DNA of 56,497 bases, counting the filler, from Sphacelaria rigidula (lineage: Eukaryota), in NCBI GenBank assembly GCA_964200075.2. It is 4 parts of 4 records of this genome, joined end to end, with 100 filler letters (N's around TTAATTAATTAA, not from the genome) between each part and the next. Parts side by side here need not be neighbours in the genome. Positions count along the whole stretch, not along the records: positions 14,155 to 28,203 come from CAXNAA020002485.1; positions 28,304 to 42,351 come from CAXNAA020002486.1; 2 more parts are not named here. One strand, given 5' to 3'. The position numbers and the translations under genes are program-made. The notes below the pieces were generated by a model, which worked only from the letters and a program-made list of their open reading frames with translations, did not search any database and was not told where the DNA came from. Positions 23,423 to 37,000 of this stretch are shown here, one piece after another (position 1 is the stretch's first letter; each line of letters opens with the position of its first letter).

Positions 23423-26400
23423 CACATCCCACTGCCTAGCCCTGTGTGACATGGGTCGGTTGTTGGAGACGAGGGGACACCCCGACGAGGCTCTGCTGTG
23501 CTTCGAAGAGGCGTCCTTTGTCCACAGCAGCAGCGCCGAACCCCTGTTCTTGCGGGCGGCTAACATGCAGAAAAAGGGAGATCTCCAAAACGCAGCGTTT
23601 TTTTTCGAGGCGGTGAGAAAATCAAAGGCAGATGCTGGTGGCGAATTCTGAATGCCTGACACTAGAAAGCAAGACTTACTCGTAAGGGGGTAAGAGGGTA
23701 GAGGGAGGCCGGGAGGCCGGGAGGGAGGGGATAGTCGCGTTTTCAACGAAGCTGTGTGTGTGTGTGAGCAGGTGGTAATGAGTGTGGGTATCTAGTAAAA
23801 AACATTCGATATCCGTATCGGTTGTCAGCAAGGATGATTTTTAGACATCATATCACAAGGGGATACCATATCCTTTGCAAGTGCACCTCGGAAGTGACTG
23901 GCGTGCTTCGAGGGGGGGGGGGGGGGGCGTACTCATTTGTTGCTTGCCTCAGCTGCTTGACCATTGACCGCGCATCCCTTTCGAGACGGATCACCGTTCC
24001 TAATTCTAATAGAGACACCTCCAACATTCCGGCGCTCATCACGTTTCTTCCATACATTGCACAAAAACCTTTTGCATATCTTATCCCCGCCCTGTTCCGC
24101 CGTCTGTGGCCACCATCTATCTCCTGAGGCGGGCGGGGGGTGTGTGTGGTATCATGGCCGACCTAACCCTACGGCACGGGACGAGAAACGGTGTGATTGC
24201 CCCTCGCGCGCTTTTCCGTACTCGACACAACATCTTAAACTTGCACAACAGGCTGTAGGTCGAGATGAGTCGCACTGGCCGGCGTGGCACGGGCTCGGAC
24301 AGACATGTGCTTCGCTGAGAAAGTTTCGAGAGTCGGTGGAAGCGTTCTCTAGGTGGTTAAGATGGAGCAGCGTCGACGCGGGGGAGTTCAGGGCTGCAAC
24401 GCTTGTCCAGCTGGGCGACGCTCAGAAGGAATTGGGAGAGGTACAGGAAAAAAAAGTACACCAGAAAAGAAGCAAAAGATATCGACACGGCCGAGTTTAA
24501 CGTCTGATGATGAGAATCACAATGGCCAGCTAACCTGCAAGCATTTTGTTCATCGGGATCGGCAGTAGAGGTTCGGTCGGGGTTTGCCGGTAAAAATCTC
24601 GAGGGTAGAAGGAATAAACTATATCCTACATATCGCCGCACTGGTGCATCAACGCTAACTGTCGGACGCATTTTTTGGGGGTGATTTCATTCCCGACAGT
24701 AGAGCTCTAGTTCTTGTGGTGTTTTGTCTGTCGTGTTTGTTTGCTTCCGTCGTCCGATGATATGAGAACGAAAGCCGACAAAAACTTTCGATGGGAAGTC
24801 GGTGAGATTCGGGAATGCTGATCCAACGCTCTATATCGACGTGCCCAAGGCAGTTTGGGAGAATTAATCGATTAGTCCCTCGAGACTGCCGACTCGTGTC
24901 CCTAGGAGCGGGTCTTTGGCTCTTGGTGCGAATCCGTAGATCTTCCGCAGATCGATGACAACTGCTCGTATACACGGAGAGTCGGAACATGTTTTTACAC
25001 GACTAAATGCCGGCTAAAAGATCTCGTGGAGAAAGAACGTGCGTTTGAATTGAACTTATTATAGACATTCCCCCTGTTTTTATTTCATGCTGTGGCTGTT
25101 TGAGTTGTTTCCCGCTTGTGGGTTATGACCTCTGCGGCGTAATCATGGCGCACCGTACGCATGTGCCGTTGAGCATCGGTACAGCCGCGTTGTAGGTGAT
25201 GGCTCTTGTAGCTCTGTCAGCGTGGTCCTGCAAACCCCGTGACCAGTTCGTTGGATCTCTCTTTTCCTGCTCTTGCAAAGTTCCATGGTGTTGGGTGTGA
25301 CAAAGAACATGATTTATCCATCAGTCACCAGCATGTAGTATGGCTAGTATGAGGTACAGGTACTGAATCGTTCTCTCTGTGCTGTACTGTACTGTTGCGC
25401 ACGCTCTGCTCTTGGCTGCGCTCTGCTGAACATGCGCACGAGGCCATACTCTCACATACAAGCCAGCTGCTCTGCTACACCTGGACAGTGCACGAATGTG
25501 TTGCGGAAGTACGCACGCGACAAACCTATCCTTGATTCCCGTGGTACTGCAGAAAGCCGATTTACGGCCCACTATTGACAGCTAGTGAATGGTCGAACGA
25601 CTAGCAAATGGTTGATAGCTAATGTACCTTGATTTCTGTGTGGTTCGCGATATATCTCGATTTCAGAATGCCTCTCATACAACCCCATCCCTCCCCCACC
25701 GATACCCGACTTCACGCCCCCCCTCCCTCGTTTTCGTCGGTATGTCAGCCGGCGATATTATTCCGAAAACGGCGTCATGCTCAAAGGATTAGAGGGACGC
25801 CAAAAAGAAAACAGCATCGTATAGCAACGAAGAGCGAGCTACGGCCATAGTGGTCTCAAATTGCCGTCACGTGACAACGGTTTCGCGGACGGCGTGGTCA
25901 GCATCGTCCATCTCGTGACCCCGCTACCCCCCCCCCCCCGGATATTATACCTGCCAACCGCTTTCATTGCGTTTTCTTTCTGTGTTGTATACCATGAATC
26001 AATCAGGTTGCGCAAGCGCAAGAGTCGTATGAGTCGGCGGCTTTGATGGATATAGCGGTGTCGTCTGACGCTTACTTTAAGCTCGGGACCCTTTTGCAGG
26101 TGAATATTCAGCAATCGCGTGACCCGAGCAGACGATACTTGGGGGCAAGCTATCCGATAATCTTTATTCAATTTTGAGTTCGCCACCTCGCTATGCAGTA
26201 TATATATATATATATAAAGCACGTCGGATAAGGTTATGTATGGCACATTGTGAAGCTTTGTGCTTTCTATTTAATTCCATTAGATCTGCATATAAATGTC
26301 GATACATGCATGCATGTACATGTGAGCGTGTGCTGACATTTTGTTTTGGTTCCAACGAAATACGAACAACGCAGGCGAGACGGGGACACGAGGCTGAAGC

Positions 26401-26512
26401 GCTGGAGGCGTTTCGACTGGTCGTGAAAGCGGCGGAGGCCCGATCAACCCCCTCCGGTCACATGCGTGCATCCCACCCCTCTGTTCGGCCTTCTCAACAC
26501 CAAGATAAATAA
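23423..26512 (+). CDS. TPR-repeat coding exons (separate gene or C-terminus of the upstream gene)
   Basis: Phase-0 joined exons 23423/23440-23612, 24252-24440, 26007-26099 and 26375-26512 read ALCDMGRLLETRGHPDEALLCFEEA...AWHGLGQTCASLRKFRESVEAFSR...TLVQLGDAQKELGE|VAQAQESYESA...AYFKLGTLLQ|ARRGHEAEALEAFR, matching the TPR W/L-G...A...Y/F..A pattern. Confidence 0.75.
23928..24125 (-). mobile_element. Family A LINE 3' end in a TPR-gene intron
   Basis: Intact frame GDRWWPQTAEQGGDKICKRFLCNVWKKRDERR...KGCAVNG...ASNK*; G-run at 23912-23927 and GAGGCGGGCGGGGGG on the other side. Confidence 0.75.
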
Positions 26513-28203
26513 GAAAAAATAGTACCCCTCCCCCCCGCCCTCCCGCCTCTGTTTTATGTTGCGTATCATTGTTCCCTCCTAAGTAGCCTCGCGTCCATCT
26601 TGAGATAGATGTCGGACGTGTATATGTGGTAGCCTAAATACGGTGTCTGATACGGGGGGACAGGTTGCGCGCTGAAGCTTGTTGCGCTACATGTATAATA
26701 CTCGGTGCCCGTCTCTAGATGTTCATTGATACTGTTGTGTAGAGAAGTCATGTGAATGAAAGTTGTGGCTTGCAGACTTTGTTTGGTTTTTGTGCTTGTT
26801 TCATTTGACATGTGCCATTTGAATCACGGTGTTTATTTTCCGCACTCTGATGTACAGTAGTAACTACGCGATTCCTCTCCGTGTAGCCAGCCTGGGTTAC
26901 CCATGATAGCGGGTATTGCCATGTCGTGCAATACCTGCGGTCTATACGACAGTCGATCTGGAAAAGTTCACTTGGTGCAATAAGCTCTAGCGCATACCTC
27001 TATCGCGCTGTATGTATCAACCGTGGAGATGTACGACCCTGATCAAGCGACCCTACAAAACACAGGCTAGGCGCCCCCCGACACACACGCACACACGCAC
27101 ACTGTTATAATGATGGTGTAGCTAATGCACTGGCTGAGGTCTCCCAGTACGAGTACCAGGAGATACAATTCGTTCCAGCTAAACCAAGCTCTCACGTGGG
27201 CACAACGTACGACCTACAGCTGTCCATCATGAACAATCACACAGTAGGTTCATCCATGTGTAGACTGCGGGCTAGGAACTTACGTGTTTCATAGCATCAT
27301 GATATATCTACAATCAGCTCTCGTACTCAGTACAGCCGCGGCGCAGCCATAGGAGCAGAGCGTAGTGATGGCCCAGAGCAGGCCAAGGCAAGCCAGTTAC
27401 TGATCGAGGTGGGTCAACGCGTCCTACGCACACACACACGCACACACACACACGCACCTCAGAGGCCTTCGATGAGATGCACAACACGACGGCGGGCACA
27501 AACGTCAGTTTAGTTTCTCCACTAGTATACACAATTGAGCAACACCAATCATCACGAACGAGTATTCATGTGTGCACAACTCGAAACCAAAGGTGTTGTT
27601 GTGTCTGCTCAGTGTTGGGGCGGTGGGGGGGGGGGGGGGGGGGGGGGGTAAAGCCATTGACCTTGACAATATCTCGTGCAAGGCGAAGAGTATCACTGAT
27701 ATCCACCCTTGGATGGCGACGCTTGCACATGACATCTCTCCATCCATGCTGGACACACCCGCTTGGAATCAGTGTTAGCTTGAGATACTTGATTCTAGTG
27801 TGATACTGTCAAAATTAACGTGGTTTAGTTTGACCTTACAGGCTGGTTGTACGCATGCCGACCAAAAAACAGTCACCCGCAAAACTTCACACCGCTTTCA
27901 GAAGTTAGACCCTGAATTTTTGCACAAGTTTGCTGTGGATCATTACGCAAATTTTGATAAACGAGTTTTGTTTTTACTTTTATTTTGTTTACAGTTTTTC
28001 GAGGGTCCGAGGGCTTGGGGGGAAGGTTGTACCGTTGGACCCCGAGAAACGTTGAAAATGTAAAAAAAATATTTTAAAAAAAGCCCGTCCGTCCGAGAGT
28101 GCCCAAAATATACCTCCGAGACCCTATGTACCCCCCCCCCCCCCCCCCCCGGGCGCGCGTTTTTTTTTTTTCTCTTTAAAAAAACCCCTACAAACGTTGT
28201 TTT

Positions 28204-28303
28204 NNNNNNNNNNNNNNNNNNNNNNNNNNNNNNNNNNNNNNNNNNNNTTAATTAATTAANNNNNNNNNNNNNNNNNNNNNNNNNNNNNNNNNNNNNNNNN
28301 NNN
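28204..28303. other. Assembly gap with linker
   Basis: N44-TTAATTAATTAA-N44. Confidence 0.95.
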
Positions 28304-30195
28304 CGAAAAGACCCTCCCCACGCCGTACCGACAAGACCGGTCATGGCCTTCGTCGGAGGACGGGGAACGGAGGATATAGTTTATCCGCCGAAAAAACGTG
28401 TCGTCTAGAATGGCCCTTAATCTCTGGCCCTTAGCCCGTACTCCTTCTTCCGTCCGTGCTTCCCGCTTTTCCGAAGAGCTGCGACACTATGTTTTCGCGT
28501 GAATCTGTCTGGCCAGTTTAAGAAGAGCCCCCGGATCAACTTCTTCGCTGGGGCATCGGCCAGGTACGTTCAGCTTGGTTGGAAATTTCCTCGGTTACTT
28601 TTTGTTCTGTGTCATGCTTCGCGGTGTGCTTGGTTCGTGGGCGATAGTCCGTTCTGTTCTTGATTTCATTATCTATTATCGTGCCGCCCAGTTTGGGCTG
28701 CATTTCTCACTTCTTTTCTTGTGGAAAGCGAGCGTCGGATTTCTGACCAAGAAATCTTGAACCAAGACATGAATGCTGGTAGGACACAACAGTATCGATA
28801 TGTTTTTTGTATCAAGTGTTCCTCTCCCCGTGTCACTCACCCATGTCAAGGCTACTTTTTCCATCGTCCACGAATAAGGGTATAAGGGTCTGTCAAAAAA
28901 TATTTCTGTACACAAAGGCCCCAAGATCGAAAATCCGAGTTTTTGAGGGGAGGAGGGGACACACACCCAGCCTGCTGTCCCCTGGTTTATTGCCGAGGCG
29001 TCGGCGGCTGCGGTCAGCTACCGTCTCTCGGAGATCCTTGGCATGAAGACCGATGAGATGGCGGACATGTCGCCCCCCTAAGCCAATCAATTACCATGAT
29101 TACCTTCATGGGATCATTCTCCGTGTCGTGGGCCTCGAGTACCTATCAGTAGTCCGGGCAAGTTTAGCGAGGCGTGAGATAAAGTTGCTACTTTGGTTGC
29201 AGGCTGTCCCTACCGTGAGCTCGTGTGCATACATGTGTGTGAGGGTGGCCGGCATCCAAGGTCATCGGGACAGTAGAGCGGGCGAGGAGCAAGAGCAAAT
29301 ATACGAACCTCGCAAAGCCCACCAGACTTTTCGGTTTTGTCAGTGTTTTTTATACATTTTTTCAATAAAATATTGAACAAAAAATCATGACAGAAAAAAA
29401 AAATCCTTCGGGGGGGGGGGGGGGAGGGGGCCTCCGTGTCCCAAAATCTTCTCCCGACAGACCCTTTGCATCCACAGGAAGGTGGTAGCGTTTGTCTGGA
29501 ACAGATAACAGCTAATAACCCAAGATACTACTATGTCGCCTTTCACGAAAAAACGCATTTGATCGATCGACCGATCATCTCACACTGGGTGAGCCCCCAC
29601 GAATAATCCCGACGTGGTCGCGAGATAAGTGAACCCTGGTCATGAAGGCGAAAACGCTGCTCGCTGAACCAAAGTCTGAAGTAGAAAATGGACGAAAAAT
29701 TGGCAAAGAGGAACACACGGGAAACACTAGGAAACGCTACACTAAAAAAGTCCCCAGAACATTGTGAATACTCCTTCGTCAGGGCAGGGCAGATGAGGCC
29801 GTACAAGGAGCAAGGTCATGGGTTGCGAGCCAGCAGCTATTATTTGCGAATCGCACAACCACCTGGAGGCAGGAACTCTGCTACCAAATCTGATGAAGGA
29901 AGGATTCACGAGCACTGAGGCTCAGGGACAAGAGAAGACAGACAAGGACAAAACAAAAGCAAGAAAGAAGGGAAAGAGCAAAAAGAAAAGTCACAAGCCA
30001 CGGAGAAGGAGACAACTACTAATAGAGGTATCTCAAACTCGGCTCCCGGTATCCTGGTTTGTTTTGTTCTATTTTTTCAAGTGAAAGTGATCCTGATTCA
30101 TCAGATGATGAGACCGTTTGACTGCCAGGTCAGGTCCTCTCATGAATCGCGATCACTTTCACTTGAAAAAACACTACACAACTCAGAGCCAGCGA

Positions 30196-30225
30196 ATTAT
30201 GATTATTATGATTATGATTATGATT

Positions 30226-30288
<63 letters not shown>

Positions 30289-30462
30289 ATTATGATTATT
30301 ATGATTATTATGACTATGATTAAGATTATCATTATCATTATCATTATCATTATCATTATCATTCTGATTATAATCATCATTATGATGATGATTATTATTA
30401 TGATGATTATCATTATGATTATTATGATCATGATTGATTATGGTTATGATTATGATTATGAT
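30196..30462. repeat. Compound microsatellite (ATTATG)n-(GAT)n-(ATTATC)n
   Basis: About 265 bp of ATT/ATG/ATC triplets arranged in blocks. Confidence 0.95.
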
Positions 30463-31999
30463 CTCGCGAACCCGTAGTCACAGACGTAGGCTCGCCTTTC
30501 CAATACCGTTTCCTGCTATTCCTTACAAGGCACATTACCAAAAAATAAAAAATAAGAAGAGAGACGCCACGAAAACCGGTGAAAAGTAGCTCCCCCGAGT
30601 TCAACGGGGAGAGAAAAGAAAGAAAGAAAAGCAAACAAACAGACACAACAAACGCCAGATCTGTCAAAAATGTACACCGAAAGGAGGGAAGAGAGAAGTT
30701 GATAGAAGACAAAACAGGAAAAGACAGGTGACACAAGGAGATTAATATGGCCGCCATGGTAATACACAACTGTGTGTACATTGTACCATATAAGAATTAG
30801 CAGGGTTCCGGATGCAGACGACGTACGTGGTTGCGTCTGTGTGCAGAATCACGAATGACTTGGACTCCAAACTAGATCGAAGAATAGTGAGGTTATCCAG
30901 CTCTCAAGGTCCACATTCTCGACACTGTTTGTTCGGAGATCCCTGAAATTTTAGGCGTCTTCAGACCCAGCGCTCAGCGATCTCCGAAAATATAGCGGCT
31001 TAACTCTTCTCCGAACCTTCACGTTGGAAGAAGTCTAAACACTTCGGACTGCAGCGCAACCCTTCGCAGCGCTGCCCTGTGAGCACGCCGTGGCGCTCGC
31101 AAGCGTGCAAGAGTCGTCAGAAATCTTGCTAGTGACACCCCAGGTCATGTTGTACAGTAAAAATCACCGTGGGTTGGCGATGTTGGTGATGTTCACCTTC
31201 CTAGATGGTGTGTGCGTCGTCAGCGGTGGTGAAACTGTGGAGTCAACCACGTTGGTCGTCATTTGCGGACACACGCACTTTCGAAGTGGAGAGCAGAAAT
31301 AATCTAGTGGCTACCTTCTTGCCTGATGTGCTGCTACGAGTGTATGCTACCGCACCGCCTGTGAAGTCTAAAGCTGGTGGTGTAGTGGGTGTCTCTGCGT
31401 ATACAGCTGACAGAAAGCAAGCCTGCTGCAATCTTCACACGGAGCTTTCCACAGACGGTATTTTTATTTGAGTTTGCTGCTGCTGCTGCTGCATTCCGGC
31501 ATGACCGGATCACGCCGTCGCCTTTCCGAATGCCCCCCCGTTTCACAGAGAGGTTGCGAGAAATATGTTTGCCGTAGTTTTCAACGTCATACATGGGCAG
31601 GTAGCATCATACCGACCTTCATCTTGCCGACGAAGGCAAGCAAACGACGAGATCAGCACTGTTTTCTGTGGTCATCGCAATGACCAGAGCTCTCCAGCGA
31701 ACTCAAGTATAGCATAATGGGCATATGCGTGGGCGAGATACGATCTGCCGCCGATAACGTAGTTTACTTCTGGGACAGAGGAAGTATCCAACAACAGCAG
31801 CAGATCTTCATAATGTGCCGTTGGGAGCTCTCCTAAATCTGAGAATTTATCTTGACAAAAACAGTATCGACAAAATAGTCGGCCTTAATTACTCGTGTAA
31901 AGGGCCTTCAGTGTCTTGACCTTCCTCCTGTGTGACGCCGGCTGGTGCGCCAACATACACCGGAAGGTGTAGACCAGCGTCCAGAATAGATGGGACGAC

Positions 32000-32041
<42 letters not shown>
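32000..32041. repeat. (CA)n microsatellite
   Basis: acacacac tract. Confidence 0.9.
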
Positions 32042-33792
32042 TTAGTGTTCCGCTTTGTTGAGAGGTATGTTGGTGAGAAATCATAGATAGACACGGAGTA
32101 TGAGAAGCAGTACAGGGTCAGAGATCAACATGTAGATGCAGTTGAAAATAGGCTAATATGGGGGACTGGAGATTTGCTACAACGTATTTGCGAAGAGAAA
32201 TAGCACCACGGATGTGTGACTGTAGACTGGAAATATATCGGGAATTGGGCGTTGTGCTCCTGTGTGCCCCACCGTGGATCAGCCTTTCAGAGCGCTATTC
32301 CAGCAGCAAGTCTAATATCAGCTTCTGGCTTACACTCTACTCTAGACAGAGAGATAGACACTGTCAACTAGCCAGCATATTATTTTGGACACCTCACGAC
32401 ACCCACCGACCACGGACAACAAGCCGTACACCAGGAGAGACCCCTGAACACCCAAGCCTGTGAGTCTACAAGCCTACCATGGGCCAGTTGTGGTCTAACA
32501 GTTGGCGTTGACGGTGGGACATGTAGTACCCACAATCGGCCCCCATTCACACCACTGTAGTGGTGGGTGGACTGGACTCCAGTGTTGTACAACAGCGGAT
32601 TCTGACCTACTACACGTACCTGTACTACTGTTGTTGTGGCAGAGAAAACATGAACAGCCGCAGCACGCACCTAAGGGAGACGAACGTATTCCCATTCGAT
32701 GCTGCACGCATCTATGTGCATATGCTTAATCTTTTTGACGTCCACGTGCCGTACTTCGCCCGCATCGTTTATTTCATTTTTTTCCACGGTACTATCCGTA
32801 AACTCTGCCACGCACAGTTTAGGGAGATGTGCAGTAGTATTGCTGTACACAACGTTGTTTGAGGTCCTGTATCATACTTGTTCATTTTTCAGTACGGTAG
32901 CTGCCTCTTTAAAGCAGAATATTGAGATTTGGCAAGCACACGTCACACTCGTGCATCAACGGCGGGAACAAGTAGATATATATCTGATTGCCAGCGCTGC
33001 AGCGATCTCATGCCCCACTTTCGGAATAGTAAGCGTCTCGGCAGCCGTGTGTGACCATCAGTCATGTTGGTATGTGTGGGAGTAACGAGTACGACATATA
33101 CAAAGGCTTTTTTTGCTTTTTTGTGCGCATATTATCCGGCATGAAACGGGGTTTTGCACATAACCTTACGCGGTGTTTAAAAAACATGCCAGTATGCTTT
33201 TGGAGATTTCAGCATAACAAAGGCATAACAACAGCTAAATTTTACGCATAACTTGGCGCATACAGTACTCCAACGGGATTATGTACCCCATGCCCAGCAG
33301 CTATAGTAGCTGCCCACGGGTGCCCACGGGTGCTCCATGTGGTGTGGCTCGTGGAGTCGTGGCGTTTGTGTCGGTAGTTTTTTTTTTCAACTTCGTTGCG
33401 GGTCTGATATCGGATATTGTGCTGCATGTACTCGTAAACTACTTATATTTATTATGTGAACCCAAAGTGAACCCGATAAAAATAGAAATGTGTCATATTT
33501 CACATCAGACGTCGGCTCCCGGCAAAACGTTACACACCAAAAATCCAGTCCACAACTGTATAGGCTTTTGCTTCTCATGCGCGCATATAGAGGGGACTAA
33601 GCAAGTGCACTAAGCAAGTGCAGTAAGTGATAGGATAGAGTTAACTATTATGCTGAAATACAACCGGGACCGCAAGGAGAAGAATGCGACGGTTGGCTGT
33701 GGATGATGCGGGGGTATTTTGCCGGGTCGGAACCTAGAGTGCCATGCGGTACCATAGTAAGCATAGTGGCGTCCATCCAGTACGTACGAGTA

Positions 33793-34011
33793 TTGTAATG
33801 CGTGAGAGGACCGCGTGCTTAGAGGACCGCGCCGTAGTTCAAAATACCTCAGGATTGACGTTTTCCAAAACCAATCGGGTCAGTCCCTGCAGGTACCACG
33901 CCCCTGACCCTAACCCCAACACTAACCCTAACCCTAACCCTAACCCTAACCATAGGGATGTTCAAATTCTGATGCGGTCCTCTAAGCACACGGTCCTGTC
34001 ACGCATTATAG
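33793..34011. mobile_element. TA-flanked MITE with an internal telomere-like (CCCTAA)n tract
   Basis: TIR TTGTAATGCGTGAGAGGACCGCGTGCTTAGAGGACCGC pairs with GCGGTCCTCTAAGCACACGGTCCTGTCACGCATTATAG. CCCTAA units lie at 33902-33950. Confidence 0.8.
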
Positions 34012-37000
34012 TATGATAGATGCCGGCGATGTCTGATTGATGTAGGCCAGAGCTGAAATATGAGTTGTTGCAAAGGTGACGTCGCGGGGAGTAACAAGTA
34101 ATAATACTGCGGTAGAATCCAAGAAAGTAGTTGTGAACTTCAAAATCCATGTACGAAGAAAAAACGAGCGAGCCTTTCTTCCAAGCAATCGTGCAACCTC
34201 AAAATAATGTGCAACGTGTCGTCTGGTTTTCATGCTGGAAGGTATTTTCCATGGGGGGTGCCGCCAGGAACCGTCACAATAAGAACGCGAAAAAGGCGCA
34301 TACGTCGCCCATATTCCACCAAAATTCGCGCAAATCGGGGGCGTAATTTTCACCTCTGAGCATAATAAATAAAATGAAATGAAAAGCATAAAATAAAATT
34401 AAAATGCGCATAAACAGCAAAAACCCAAGTGTACACAACAACGAACATTTCGGTTACAACCAGCTGAACCGGCACGAAAAAATGAAGGAAGCACGGCGTA
34501 AAGACAGCATGCGGAACGTTAAGCACACTATTCATGCACTGAGTTTGTGCTATCTACTGAATGCACTGCACCACATTGGGTACATATACGGCATATAGTC
34601 CGCCAATTACTGCAGAAGTGACAGATTTCTGCAGTCAGCTTTTGAGGGCGATCGATATAGGTCAACGCTCACGGAAGATCGCGAACTTCCTCCGAGGTTT
34701 GGGCAATGAGTGCGGTGCATGATGTGACTCGTACGGTGCGGGATAGAGATGCATAAAGTCCTGCACATGTATCAGAATACAATATGGCTCGTTTTCAGTA
34801 GGTTGGGGCTGTCACCAACGATGAAAGATTAATGCGGACCGTGCTGAACGACTGTGGTGGTTGATTTTAGGAAAATATATTCTGGCGTTGGGGGTGACGA
34901 AATTCGTTCGGCAGATGCATAATCTTGGACCGCCAGGCTAACTATACGTGGTGAAAGAAAAATGCGCCATGGTGGTACGTACAAGCGAAAAAAATGGTTT
35001 CAACTGTATATATATACGGAAGGTGCTGTTTCATCTGATCTATCCCTAGACCACACGTGACGCAACGCAGCCCGCTGGCAGCCGTGGCTTCCTGCTGTAG
35101 TAGCACAAAAATGAAGCACGTAAGGGAGGAGTGTATGCCGTGTTCCGCAGTACACATACATGGTCGGACAGACGGCGATTGAGCGTTGCTGCGTACGGTA
35201 CTACGGCAGTAGTATCCTACTGGAAAGAAATATGTCGATGCGGCGTTCACGCGCGACTGACTCGTCTACTGTATGATGATGGCGTTTCATCGAAAACCTC
35301 ATCGTTCCCATGCTTCACCATGCAAACAACCAAAATTTAGCACCTGCCTCTGGTCGAGGGTGGCGTACCATCAATGGTACTGGGGACCACCTACTACTGC
35401 TTCTGCTGCAGTTGTTTTGTTCACGACGCAAGTGCACCGCAAAAAGAAGCCGTTGCGCCGACCGACTGCTTTTCTCACAAGCCCGATTCTTATTCTCGAG
35501 CATTCAAGGGCCGTGATACACTCCGATAGAGCCAGAGAATCTCTCTATGGGGTTGTCTTCCCCCTTCTCATCCTCAATCAGGATCAGTGAAGTGCTTTGC
35601 GGTGTACGTACGCATACTTCGTGGCAAGGCGGTTCTTTTCACTGGTGACGTACGCTCGTTGTGTCAAACCCGCTGTTTCATCTCAGGATCGCGCCAATGA
35701 TGCGTCGTGCTTTTGTTGTCACCCCCAACAGCTTGTTGGTTTCGTTAAGTCAACCTGGGTACCTACCTCAGCGCCAATTAATTACTTGTGGGCGACTAAG
35801 AGGGTACTTGATTCTCCTCTCGCGTATATACCTCCTTGAGTATATCGGAAAAAATACTATGATGATGATGTGCTCGGACCTTGTTCTAGGTGCTGCAAGA
35901 TTATTATGTCAGATGCATATAGCCTCCTGGTATAGAGATACGATGCGATGTTACATGAAAGCAACGTCGGGACGGCTCTGCGAAACGTGCGATGCAAGCT
36001 TTGCAAGCTATGCAAGCTATGACGTCGATCTCGTCTGGATACCCACGCCGCGCACAAGCACACACACCTCAGCGGTCTAGAACGAAGCGTATCTGGACCG
36101 AGCATTTTTTTAAGCGATCTGCATACCCGGGGTATCCTGATGCGAGCTAAACTACTTCAATATCCTGAGCTTTTATTATTCTTAATAGTGAATGCCCGTG
36201 CATAAACGAACAATCGATATGAAACGAGGGGTATTTAGCCGAGTACATGACACTTTCCATAAAAAGTCAAATACCCGAGGAACAAGCTTTCCGCCCCCCC
36301 CCCCCACACACACCCTCCTTGGTCATAAAAAAGTGCACCTAGAGACAGGGCCAGAAATACTTGCCGAGTAGGAACCCCAGAGATTCAAAAACAAGACCAA
36401 CTTCAAACATATACAGCTCAGGCGTTCTTCTCGCTGTTGAGTGCTACTACCGCTACTACTCCCGCACGCAGCGAGTGAACGGGTTGAGCTGTAGTACAGC
36501 AAGGCTTCGCAATCCGTGGGAAACGGGACTGTGACCAGGTTCGTTCTGATACGATACTGTTATTATCGTACGTAAGAATCGCGATCGTCATAAAATCCAT
36601 CAGTCTACTGATGAACACAACCGAGACTGTCATCTGGGCAACTTCTTCTCGGTAGCATATTTTGCCACCCTATTGTTGCAGGGGAAGCTACGGTTTGCGT
36701 CGCTGATGCATCTTCTGATGATGTCCCTGTGGTTGCGGTTGGACAGGGAAGAAACGGCTATTTGTTCCATTATTGAACAGCCACCGAGTCGAGCCAGTGA
36801 GGCACGTCGGCGCTGACTGTCATGCGCTCAGTTTTACGTAGTTCGACAAGCACCTTCACCCAAGGCTCTAGTCGTGAGCTATAGGTACGGTCATCACTAT
36901 TGAACATGGAGTTGCGGCGCACATCTTTGAAGCAAGAGCATGGCACCGATAGCGCAAATTATGCCCATGTAGAGCTGCTTCTTCCCTCCTTTATTTTCCA

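Noticed and set aside
24582-25030. Loose direct repeat TGCCGG(C)TAAAA(G)ATCTCG at about 24585 and 25008
   Set aside because: Too short and imperfect to define an element.
28304-29100. Coding-like sequence after the second gap
   Set aside because: Frames are interrupted and no domain was recognised.
30081-30477. ORFs with poly-D, poly-M and poly-I
   Set aside because: Translations of a microsatellite.
30790-31760. Possible old Gypsy remnant (minus-strand FVILHTDAT, like an RNase H start)
   Set aside because: Only one short motif; no RT motifs could be recovered.
33902-33950. True telomere or chromosome-fusion scar
   Set aside because: Short, internal to a TIR element and repeated in a second copy.
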